A DNA stretch of 24,000 nt from contig NZ_VMTV02000134.1 of the NCBI RefSeq assembly GCF_007644035.1, forward strand, positions 297,548 through 321,547, given 5' to 3'. Of the stretch, positions 8,402 through 15,857 are shown piece after piece; the stretch's first letter is position 1, and the number at the start of each line of letters is the position of its first letter. Origin of the DNA: Vogesella mureinivorans. GTDB lineage: Bacteria > Pseudomonadota > Gammaproteobacteria > Burkholderiales > Chromobacteriaceae. A program made the position numbers and the translations under genes. The notes under the pieces are model-generated. The model searched no databases and was not told the origin of the DNA. It saw only the letters and a list, made by a program, of their open reading frames with translations.

Positions 8402-8659
8402 TTCTGCTAAAAACAGCCCATTTGATAACGTGGGTTATTATTTGGTACTTCGCTATTTGGCAGCATTTTTAAGCCATCTATATTCATAAAAATGGTATGT
8501 CATGCCTTGTTGGCTTATTGCTAACACGTGTTCAGTCGCATGAGGCCAGGCAGCCAGACAGAGCTGGCAGGGTGGCTTTTATTGGTATGGTTTCTGGTGT
8601 GCTAGTGGTATGGGCGGCAGGTGCCTGGCGAGGGTTGGCCACAGGGCCGGTGGGGATGG

Positions 8660-8680
8660 TTGGCCGCAGGGCACGGCCAA
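8660..8680. repeat. Inverted pair of the TTGGCCG motif forming a hairpin upstream of the KAP gene
   Basis: TTGGCCG (8660-8666) and CGGCCAA (8674-8680) with a 7-nt loop, 53 nt upstream of the KAP ATG. Confidence 0.6.
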
Positions 8681-8732
8681 TCCTGCGGCAGCCGCATGGC
8701 ATACTGTGCGCCTGCCCCACAGGTAAACCGCC

Positions 8733-10061
8733 ATGACCGATATCGCTACTGATTCGCCCCAGCTACTGACCGACGCCCCCGCCAACGCCGAAGAAGATCT
8801 GCTGGGCTTTGCGCCACACGCAAAAAGGTTGGCCGCATTAATCCAGAAACAGATTCCGGACAAAGCCAGTTTTGTCATCGGCATCGAAGGCGAATGGGGC
8901 GAGGGCAAGTCCAGCTTCATCAACTGCCTGAAAGCGGCGTTTCCTACTGACGATACGCGGCCAACCATCGTCGACTTCAACCCGTGGTGGTTTGAAGGCT
9001 CCGATCAATTGTTGCGTCATTTCTTTGATGAGCTATTGGGGCAGATCGACTGGACACGTGGTGACGGTCAGAAGCTGTTTGACAGCTTCAGCAAGCTGGC
9101 CGCCTTTGCTGGGCGAGTCGGCAAGCTGATGCAGACGGCAACCGAACCGATGCTACAAACGGCTGGCAAAGTCGCCGAAGGCGTGGGTCAGGCTTTCGGT
9201 GGTGGTAGCAAGCCGGAGTCATTCCGCAAGTTGCGAGAAGATGCTGCCGCCACGTTGTCGGCACTCAGTTTCAAAACCATTGTCTTCATCGACGATCTAG
9301 ACCGCCTGCCAGCGCGCGAGATTGTCGAGCTGTTCCGCGTCATCAAGGCGGTGGCCGATCTGCCCAATATCGTTTACGTCATCGCCTACGACCGCGCTAT
9401 CGTGGCATCTGCGCTTGATCAAGTGCATGAAGGCAGGGGGGAAGCGTATCTGGAAAAGATTATTCAGTACTCTTATTCATTGCCTCGTCCGCATGCTAAG
9501 CAGAAGCTTGCTTATAACAAGAAAGTTATTGCCCAATATCTAACTGATTTGCCTGGTGGTATTGACTATCATGGTGTGTCAAGAATTGTGGAAGCATTTT
9601 TGCCAGTGCCCAGAAGTGTCAAGCGCCTATCCGCAGCACTACTTGATTATCGCTTGGGTGTGCAGGATGGTATGGAGATGGATGCGCTTGATTATCTTTT
9701 TCTGGAAGCGGTACGTCATTTTGACATGGGTGTTTATAATGAACTAGCGCGTGCAATATTTTTCTCGCATGAGTACTGCCAATTAAACCCTGCACATTCG
9801 CTATCTGGAGAAGAAACGCCTTCTACACGTCTGGCGTGGGTAAGAGAAAGGTTTGAATATACCCTCAAAAAACACGCTCACCATCCAGAGGTGTTGGATG
9901 CTATACATTTCTTTACGGGCTTTGTCTTTTCAGAAAAACAGGAAAATGCTAGGGCGCATGGCTACCGTACCATGGGTAGCAAATTGCTGACCTATATTGT
10001 ATCGAAGAGGAGGAACCCTGCAGGCAGAAAGGGCTGGGTCATTACATCAGGGCATACCTAG
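8733..10061 (+). CDS. KAP-family P-loop NTPase (soluble form; possibly the 5-prime part of a longer frameshifted or recoded gene)
   Basis: 442 aa. Walker A GIEGEWGEGKSSF, the KAP-typical FNPWWFEG motif shortly after the P-loop, Walker B TIVFIDDLDRLPAREIVELF, then NIVYVIAYDRAIV and YLEKIIQYSYSLPRP. This order and spacing are characteristic of KAP NTPases. I see no transmembrane insert between Walker A and B. The tail after residue ~425 (VSKRRNPAGRKGWVITSGHT*) looks non-native. Confidence 0.85.
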   Translation: MTDIATDSPQLLTDAPANAEEDLLGFAPHAKRLAALIQKQIPDKASFVIGIEGEWGEGKSSFINCLKAAFPTDDTRPTIVDFNPWWFEGSDQLLRHFFDELLGQIDWTRGDGQKLFDSFSKLAAFAGRVGKLMQTATEPMLQTAGKVAEGVGQAFGGGSKPESFRKLREDAAATLSALSFKTIVFIDDLDRLPAREIVELFRVIKAVADLPNIVYVIAYDRAIVASALDQVHEGRGEAYLEKIIQYSYSLPRPHAKQKLAYNKKVIAQYLTDLPGGIDYHGVSRIVEAFLPVPRSVKRLSAALLDYRLGVQDGMEMDALDYLFLEAVRHFDMGVYNELARAIFFSHEYCQLNPAHSLSGEETPSTRLAWVRERFEYTLKKHAHHPEVLDAIHFFTGFVFSEKQENARAHGYRTMGSKLLTYIVSKRRNPAGRKGWVITSGHT

Positions 10062-10084
10062 CCAGAAGTCGTGATGAGGGAGAG

Positions 10085-10831
10085 GTGTCCAGGCAGGAGC
10101 TTGAAGCATTCGCCAAGATAAAAAATGTCGATGAATTGGAGTCTTATCTGCAGAGTATCGAGCTGCCGAGAGTCCAAAATCTGATGGAAGATCTATCCAA
10201 TGGATGGAGTGTAGTTTTTCAGCATGCTTCGAGTAAAGATTTCATCTTGGCGTGGAGTTATGCGTTTCAAAAACATCTTTCTGATGGTGAGAAGTACTTT
10301 TATGGGATTGAACTTAGTAATGTACTAAGGGTTTTTACTGAGATAGTTGCAAAAGATTATCGCTATCCATTGGGGTGGTCATCGGGTCCGGTAGATGCTG
10401 TGGAAAAATGGTTAGAATGTGGTAATTTGGATGATCTGGTATATAGATTAGTTCTTGATGATTTTATACCGCCTGATTTTTACCATGAAAAGAGATTTGT
10501 AATTTCTAAGATTGGTGAAGAGTCCGATTTGTCAAGGATGTTGGCTGGTGGCTATTTTCTACATGCTTGTAATGCAATAAATAGTACTTCAGAGGGAAGT
10601 ATAAAGGAGTGGTTAATTAATCTGGATGTGAAAGATAAAATCAATGATTGTCAGTTGTGGGAGTTGATAGAATTTATAGTTTCAGATTTTGTCACTAAAG
10701 GATATGCTGATCATTTAATTGATAATAAAAATATTCAGAAAATTTTGAAAACAGAAAAAAGGCTACTGGATGCAGCCAAACGTGACCCAGTTCTGCAGCT
10801 GGGGATCAACCGCCTGACCGGCGTGGTCTAA
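10085..10831 (+). CDS. Hypothetical protein (248 aa from GTG), or the C-terminal region of the KAP NTPase in the -1 frame
   Basis: Long ORF in 30-38% GC DNA, where random ORFs of this length are unlikely. It has acidic/helical-looking composition and no catalytic or binding motif I can recognise. Its frame stays open 105 nt upstream of the GTG, back to 9980, overlapping the end of the KAP ORF. The GTG has only a closely abutting GAGGGAGAG purine run as a possible SD. Confidence 0.5.
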   Translation: MSRQELEAFAKIKNVDELESYLQSIELPRVQNLMEDLSNGWSVVFQHASSKDFILAWSYAFQKHLSDGEKYFYGIELSNVLRVFTEIVAKDYRYPLGWSSGPVDAVEKWLECGNLDDLVYRLVLDDFIPPDFYHEKRFVISKIGEESDLSRMLAGGYFLHACNAINSTSEGSIKEWLINLDVKDKINDCQLWELIEFIVSDFVTKGYADHLIDNKNIQKILKTEKRLLDAAKRDPVLQLGINRLTGVV

Positions 10832-10839
10832 GCCACAAC

Positions 10840-10861
10840 TTGGCCGCCCCGTTGCGGCCAA
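10840..10861. repeat. Perfect inverted pair of the TTGGCCGC motif (hairpin) immediately after the KAP-locus stop codon
   Basis: TTGGCCGC (10840-10847), loop cccgtt, GCGGCCAA (10854-10861). It lies 8 nt after TAA (10829-10831). No T-tract follows (ccttcccccc), so it is not a canonical intrinsic terminator. Confidence 0.65.
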
Positions 10862-10929
10862 CCTTCCCCCCGCCCGCTGCTACCCGCTACAATCAACCCC
10901 ATTTCGCAGAATTTCCAAGGAACCCGCTC

Positions 10930-12636
10930 ATGCGTGCCTCGCAGTTTTTCATCTCTACCCAGAAAGAAGCCCCCGCCGATGCGGATATCGTTAGCCAGAA
11001 GCTGATGCTGCGCGCCGGTTTTATCCGCAAGGTTGCCGCCGGTGTGTACAACTGGATGCCGATGGGCCTGCGCAGCCTGAAAAAGGTAGAAAACATCGTG
11101 CGCGAAGAGATGAACCGCGCGGGTGCCATCGAGCTGGTGATGCCTATCGTGCAGCCGGCCGGCCTGTGGCAGGAAACCGGCCGTTTCGACGGCATGGGCG
11201 CCGAGCTGCTGCGCTTTAAAGACCGCCACGACCGTGACTTCGTGATTCAGCCGACGTCCGAAGAAGTGATTACCGACATCGCCCGCGCCGAGCTGCGCAG
11301 CTACCGCGCGCTGCCGAAAAACTTCTACCAGATCCAGACCAAGTTCCGCGACGAGCGCCGCCCGCGCTTTGGCGTGATGCGTGGCCGCGAGTTCACCATG
11401 AAAGATGCGTACTCGTTTGACCGCACTGCCGACGACGCCGGCAAGAGCTACGACAATATGTTTGCCGCCTACTGCCGCATTTTCGACCGCCTGGGCCTGA
11501 CCTACCGCGCCGTGGCAGCCGATACCGGCGCCATTGGTGGCGACCGTTCGCACGAGTTCCAGGTGATTGCCGAAACCGGCGAAGACGCCATCGTGTACTG
11601 CCCGGACAGCGACTACGCGGCCAACATCGAGCTGGCCGAAGCGCTGGCCCCGGCGGGTGAGCGCGCTGCTGCTGCCGCCGAGCTGGCCAAGGTACACACG
11701 CCAGGCGTGAAAACCATTGCCGACCTGGTGAGCTTCCTGAACGTGGACATCACCCGCACCGTGAAAGCGGTAGTGGTGGAAGGCGAAGAGGGCGAGGCGG
11801 TACTGATGCTGGTACGCGGCGACCACGAGCTGAACGAAGTGAAGGCCGAAAAAGTAGCCGGCATCAAAAAGCCGCTGACCATGGCCAGCCCGGCGCTGAT
11901 CAAGGACGCGTTTGGCGCCAACCCTGGCTCGCTGGGCCCGGTAGGCTTCAAAGGCCGCGTGGTAGCCGACCGCACCGTGGCGCTGATGGCTGATTTTGTG
12001 ATTGGTGCCAACGAAGACCACTACCACTACACCGGTGCCAACTTCGTGCGCGATTGCGCCGAGCCGGAAGTGGCCGACATCCGCAATGTGGTGGTGGGCG
12101 ACCCGTCGCCGTGCGGCAAGGGCGCGCTGGCGATTCAGCGTGGTATCGAGGTGGGCCACGTGTTCTACCTGGGCACCAAGTATTCCCAGGCCATGAACGC
12201 CACCTTCCTGGACGAAGACGGTAAGCCGAAGCACTTTGAAATGGGCTGCTACGGTATCGGCGTGAGCCGCATCCTGGGCGCGGCCATCGAGCAGAACTTC
12301 GACGACAAGGGCATGATCTGGCCAGACGCCATCGCGCCGTTTGCCGTGGTGATCTGCCCGGTAGGCTACGACCGCTCCGAAGGCGTGAAAGCGGCCGCCG
12401 ACGCGCTGTACGCCGGCCTGCAGGCACAGGGCGTGGATGTGATCATCGACGACCGTGGCGAGCGCCCGGGCGCGATGTTTGCCGACTGGGAGCTGATCGG
12501 TGCACCGCACCGCGTGACCATTGGCGACCGCGGCCTGAAAGAAGGCAAGGTGGAGTACCAGCACCGCCGCGATAGCGAATCGACAGCGGTAGCGCCGGAC
12601 GCCATCCTGGCACACGTACTGGCCAAGCTGGCCTGA
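10930..12636 (+). CDS. proS: Prolyl-tRNA synthetase (bacterial type with INS editing domain)
   Basis: 568 aa from [34 protein letters not shown]. Class II motifs are present ([25 protein letters not shown]; [13 protein letters not shown]). An inserted editing domain and a C-terminal anticodon-binding domain are also present. The track start at 10840 is a TTG extension. Confidence 0.97.
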   Translation: MRASQFFISTQKEAPADADIVSQKLMLRAGFIRKVAAGVYNWMPMGLRSLKKVENIVREEMNRAGAIELVMPIVQPAGLWQETGRFDGMGAELLRFKDRHDRDFVIQPTSEEVITDIARAELRSYRALPKNFYQIQTKFRDERRPRFGVMRGREFTMKDAYSFDRTADDAGKSYDNMFAAYCRIFDRLGLTYRAVAADTGAIGGDRSHEFQVIAETGEDAIVYCPDSDYAANIELAEALAPAGERAAAAAELAKVHTPGVKTIADLVSFLNVDITRTVKAVVVEGEEGEAVLMLVRGDHELNEVKAEKVAGIKKPLTMASPALIKDAFGANPGSLGPVGFKGRVVADRTVALMADFVIGANEDHYHYTGANFVRDCAEPEVADIRNVVVGDPSPCGKGALAIQRGIEVGHVFYLGTKYSQAMNATFLDEDGKPKHFEMGCYGIGVSRILGAAIEQNFDDKGMIWPDAIAPFAVVICPVGYDRSEGVKAAADALYAGLQAQGVDVIIDDRGERPGAMFADWELIGAPHRVTIGDRGLKEGKVEYQHRRDSESTAVAPDAILAHVLAKLA

Positions 12637-12644
12637 TTGCGGCC

Positions 12645-13283
12645 ATGACCCCGCTGCGCTTTGCCCTGCCCCTGTTGCTGGCTGCCCTGGTGGCGGCCCC
12701 GGCGTGGGCGGGTGCGCAGCGCGAGGAGGCGCTGGCGGCCAACGTGGCCAGCGCCATGTCGCGCAGCATTGCCGATGTGAACGCGCCAAGGCTGGTGTTT
12801 GAAGACCCGCGTGAGGGCCCGCTGTGGCTGGCCGAGATGTCGCGCCGGCTGGAAAAGCGTATTCCCGACCCATGGACGCGCGAGCGCCTGCTGACGGCGA
12901 TTCACTACGAAGCCACCCGCGCCGGGCTCGACCCGCAAATGGTGCTGGGGCTGATCCAGGTGGAAAGCGGCTTCAAGAAGTACGCCATTTCGCCGGTGGG
13001 CGCGCGCGGGCTGATGCAGGTAATGCCGTTCTGGGTGCGCAGTATCGGGGCCAGCGGGCATAACCTGTTCGACCTCACCACCAACCTGCGCTACGGCTGC
13101 ACCATTTTGCGGCATTACCTGGATATCGAGCGCGGTAATCTGTTTCGTGCGCTGGGCCGCTACAACGGCAGCCTGGGCCGCGCCGAGTACCCGAACCTGG
13201 TGGTGGGCGCGTGGAAGGCACACTGGCAGTGGCAGCAGCCCGCCGGCCAGCTGCGGACGGGCTACCAGCCGGCTAGCCGCTAG
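12645..13283 (+). CDS. Lytic transglycosylase (SLT domain) with signal peptide
   Basis: Signal peptide MTPLRFALPLLLAALVAAPAWA. The SLT catalytic region is LIQVESGFKKYAISPVGARGLMQVMP (catalytic E-S motif), followed by the downstream YNGS motif. Confidence 0.85.
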   Translation: MTPLRFALPLLLAALVAAPAWAGAQREEALAANVASAMSRSIADVNAPRLVFEDPREGPLWLAEMSRRLEKRIPDPWTRERLLTAIHYEATRAGLDPQMVLGLIQVESGFKKYAISPVGARGLMQVMPFWVRSIGASGHNLFDLTTNLRYGCTILRHYLDIERGNLFRALGRYNGSLGRAEYPNLVVGAWKAHWQWQQPAGQLRTGYQPASR

Positions 13284-13307
13284 TTGGCCGCAACGTTTGC
13301 GTGCAAT

Positions 13308-13334
13308 AAAAAACCGCCTTCGGGCGGTTTTTTT
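13308..13334. terminator. Bidirectional Rho-independent terminator (UUCG-loop hairpin)
   Basis: AAAAAA-CCGCC-TTCG-GGCGG-TTTTTTT lies between the convergent SLT and RDD genes. The A-run and T-run allow termination in both directions. Confidence 0.8.
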
Positions 13335-13349
13335 ATTGCCGTGGCAGGC

Positions 13350-13865
13350 TCAGGCGCGTTCGCCCTTGGCGAGCAGGAAAATGCGCGTACCGGCCAGGCG
13401 GTCGTGCAGGAATTGTTTGTCGTTATCCATGAACACCCACAGCAGCGGCAGCAGCCACCACGCCAGCGCTGCCCACAGCGCCAGCTTGGGCGAGCCCAGC
13501 GAGGGTAGCCAGGTGATGTACGACAGCACCGGCACGCCGACAAACAGCACCAGCGCTACAGCAAAGCGTATACCGGCTTGCTGCCACGATAGCGGGCGGC
13601 CATCGGGCATGGCCACTTTCAGCCGCCACGGCTTCATGGCCAGCGTTTGCCCGCCTTTTACCCAGCAATAGCCAAAGTAGCCAAAGAACACGCCCGCCAC
13701 AAACAGGCGGTACAGCCATTCCAGCAGCGGGGCATGGTTGCCCAGGGCCAGAATCGGCGTGAAGGCGGCCGCAGCTAGCAGCCACAGGGTGCCAATAAGC
13801 AGGGATTCGTACATCAGGCTGGCCAGGCGGCGCGTCAGGCCGGGAAAGTCTGCAGAGCGGGTCAT
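13350..13865 (-). CDS. RDD-family membrane protein
   Basis: About 171 aa from MTRSADFPGLTRRLASLMYESLL. It has three or more hydrophobic segments, a conserved early Arg, and the C-terminal FLHDRLAGTRIF motif typical of RDD proteins. The track start at 13904 adds 13 residues without support. Confidence 0.75.
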   Translation of the reverse strand: MTRSADFPGLTRRLASLMYESLLIGTLWLLAAAAFTPILALGNHAPLLEWLYRLFVAGVFFGYFGYCWVKGGQTLAMKPWRLKVAMPDGRPLSWQQAGIRFAVALVLFVGVPVLSYITWLPSLGSPKLALWAALAWWLLPLLWVFMDNDKQFLHDRLAGTRIFLLAKGERA

Positions 13866-14001
13866 GATGATAGGGAGTGGCAGGGGGGAAAGCCTTGCGG
13901 CCAACTCAGCATCTTACCAAAGCCCCCGTGTGCCGCCTACCCCCATAAAAGTGGCTGTTTTTGCTGGTGTTTGCCCTTTTTTTGCACCTGCACAAAAGCG
14001 C

Positions 14002-14030
14002 TTGACCGACTTTGGTGCTTCGGCTAAGTT
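14002..14030 (+). promoter_or_regulatory. Candidate sigma-70 promoter for ilvIHC
   Basis: TTGACC (14002-14007), a 17-nt spacer, then TAAGTT (14025-14030), about 50 nt upstream of the ilvI ATG. SD AGAGG lies at 14070-14074. Confidence 0.45.
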
Positions 14031-14079
14031 CGTTCATCACGGGACAAAAAATTAATACCTGAATTAAGAAGAGGCAAAG

Positions 14080-15846
14080 ATGCAGATATCGGGCGCGGAG
14101 ATCCTGGTTCGCAGCTTGCAGGAAGAAGGAGTCGAATTCGTTTTCGGCTACCCCGGCGGCGCGGTCCTTGAGATATATGATGCTATTTTCCGGCAGCAGC
14201 AGTTCAAACACGTACTGGTGCGCCACGAACAGGCGGCTGTGCACGCGGCCGACGCGTACTCGCGTTCCAGCAACAAGGTAGGTGTCGCCCTGGTGACATC
14301 CGGCCCTGGCGCGACCAATGCCGTAACCGGCATTGCCACGGCGTACATGGATTCCATCCCCATGGTGGTGATTTCGGGCCAGGTGTCCACACCGGCCATC
14401 GGCATGGATGCTTTCCAGGAAGTGGACATGGTGGGCATTACCCGCCCGTGCGTGAAGCACAACTTCCTGGTGAAAGACATTAACGAGCTGGCTGCCACCA
14501 TCAAGAAGGCGTTCTACATTGCCGCCTCCGGCCGCCCCGGCCCGGTGGTAGTAGACATCCCGAAAGACGTGACCCAGCGCCTGGCCGAGTTCCACTACCC
14601 GGAAAGCGTGAGCATCCGCTCCTACGTGCCGGTAACGCGTGGCCACCCTGGCCAGATCAAAAAGGCCGTGAACCTGCTGGCCGAAGCCAAGCGCCCGTAC
14701 ATTTACGTGGGCGGCGGTGCGGTGCAGGGCAATGCCTCGGCCGAAGTCACCGAGCTGGTGAAAATGCTGGGTGTGCCATGTACCAACACCCTGATGGGCC
14801 TGGGCGCCTATCCGGGACAGGATCAGCAGTTCCTGGGCATGCTGGGCATGCACGGCACCTACGAAGCCAATATGGCCATGCAGTACTGTGATGTGCTGAT
14901 TGCCGTGGGCGCGCGTTTTGACGACCGCGTGATCAGCGTGCCGTCGCACTTCCTGTCGCAGCCGAAAAAGATTGTGCACATCGACGTAGACCCGTCCTCC
15001 ATCGCCAAACGCGTGAAGGTAGACGTGCCTATCGTGGGCGATGTGAAACACGTGCTGCGCGACATGATCGACCTGCTCAAGCAAACCGGCCAGCAAGTGC
15101 CACCGCAAAACCTGGCCAACTGGTGGAAGCAGATCGAAGAATGGCGCAGCTACAACAGCCTGCTGTACACCCCGTCTAACGAGTTCATCAAGCCGCAGTA
15201 CGTGGTGCAGAAGCTGTACGAAATTACCGGCGGCGATGCCATCATCACCTCCGACGTGGGCCAGCACCAGATGTGGGCCGCGCAGTACTACCCGTTCAAG
15301 CGCCCGAAACAGTGGCTGAACTCCGGTGGCCTGGGCACCATGGGCTTTGGCTTGCCCGCCGCCATTGGCGCGCAGCTGGCCAACCCGGATGCACAAGTAG
15401 CGTGCATTACCGGTGAAGGCTCCATCCAGATGAATATCCAGGAGCTGTCCACCGCCAAGCAGTACCACACCCCGGTGAAGGTGATTGCGCTGAACAACCG
15501 CTACCTGGGCATGGTGCGCCAGTGGCAGGAGTTCTTCTACGGCACCCGCTATTCCGAGTCTTACATGGATGCGCTGCCGGACTTCGTGAAGATTGCCGAA
15601 GCCTACGGCCACGTGGGTATCAAGGTGGAAAACCCGGCTGACGTAGAGCCGGTGCTGCGCGAAGCGTTCAGCCCGGCGCTGAAAGAGCGCCTGGTATTCC
15701 TGGATTTCCGTACCGACCAGTCCGAAAACGTGTTCCCGATGATCCAGAACGGCAAAGGTCTGGACCAGATGGATCTGCCGCCGCACATGCGCGACCTGCA
15801 GATTGCCCCGTTCGAGAACAACCGTGACTACGGCAACATGTGTTAA
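14080..15846 (+). CDS. ilvI: Acetolactate synthase (acetohydroxyacid synthase) large subunit, biosynthetic type
   Basis: 588 aa. MQISGAEILVRSLQEEGVEFVFGYPGGAVLEIYDA. The ThDP-binding region is GLGTMGFGLPAAIGAQ...ITGEGSIQMNIQEL. It is followed directly by the small subunit gene. Confidence 0.96.
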   Translation: MQISGAEILVRSLQEEGVEFVFGYPGGAVLEIYDAIFRQQQFKHVLVRHEQAAVHAADAYSRSSNKVGVALVTSGPGATNAVTGIATAYMDSIPMVVISGQVSTPAIGMDAFQEVDMVGITRPCVKHNFLVKDINELAATIKKAFYIAASGRPGPVVVDIPKDVTQRLAEFHYPESVSIRSYVPVTRGHPGQIKKAVNLLAEAKRPYIYVGGGAVQGNASAEVTELVKMLGVPCTNTLMGLGAYPGQDQQFLGMLGMHGTYEANMAMQYCDVLIAVGARFDDRVISVPSHFLSQPKKIVHIDVDPSSIAKRVKVDVPIVGDVKHVLRDMIDLLKQTGQQVPPQNLANWWKQIEEWRSYNSLLYTPSNEFIKPQYVVQKLYEITGGDAIITSDVGQHQMWAAQYYPFKRPKQWLNSGGLGTMGFGLPAAIGAQLANPDAQVACITGEGSIQMNIQELSTAKQYHTPVKVIALNNRYLGMVRQWQEFFYGTRYSESYMDALPDFVKIAEAYGHVGIKVENPADVEPVLREAFSPALKERLVFLDFRTDQSENVFPMIQNGKGLDQMDLPPHMRDLQIAPFENNRDYGNMC

Positions 15847-15857
15847 GGCCTAGCAGC

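Noticed and set aside
8523-8532. 10-bp perfect palindrome AACACGTGTT upstream of the KAP gene
   Set aside because: It is a single short palindrome with no second copy or known cognate regulator, so it cannot be distinguished from chance.
8173-8736. Small ORFs in the operon/KAP intergenic region (8173-8472 plus, 8497-8736 plus, 8532-8720 minus, 8579-8980 minus)
   Set aside because: None has a convincing SD or start context. They overlap operator and promoter elements or the KAP start, show no codon-usage signal, and give odd (C/W-rich or low-complexity) translations. I treat them as non-coding regulatory DNA.
8147-10930. Mobile-element hallmarks around the KAP locus (integrase, transposase, tRNA attachment site, direct target duplications, integron attC)
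   Set aside because: I could find none. The flanking hairpins are made of the genome-abundant TTGGCCGC word and do not fit the attC core (GTTRRRY). The island therefore looks like allelic replacement rather than a classical mobile-element insertion.
10828-12873. 681-aa minus-strand ORF opposite proS (also 12366-13223 on the minus strand)
   Set aside because: It is antisense to proS and the lytic transglycosylase, both of which carry unmistakable family motifs. Its translation is low-complexity.
13905-14079. Possible branched-chain amino-acid leader peptide or attenuator upstream of ilvI
   Set aside because: There is no short ORF enriched in Val/Leu/Ile codons and no alternative terminator/antiterminator hairpins. 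The predicted promoter leaves only a leader of about 45 nt.
13906-15786. 626-aa minus-strand ORF opposite ilvI (also 16278-17426 opposite ilvC, 20198-21643 opposite the TonB receptor, and 22846-23985 opposite leuA)
   Set aside because: These are shadow ORFs of highly conserved plus-strand genes and have no recognisable domains.
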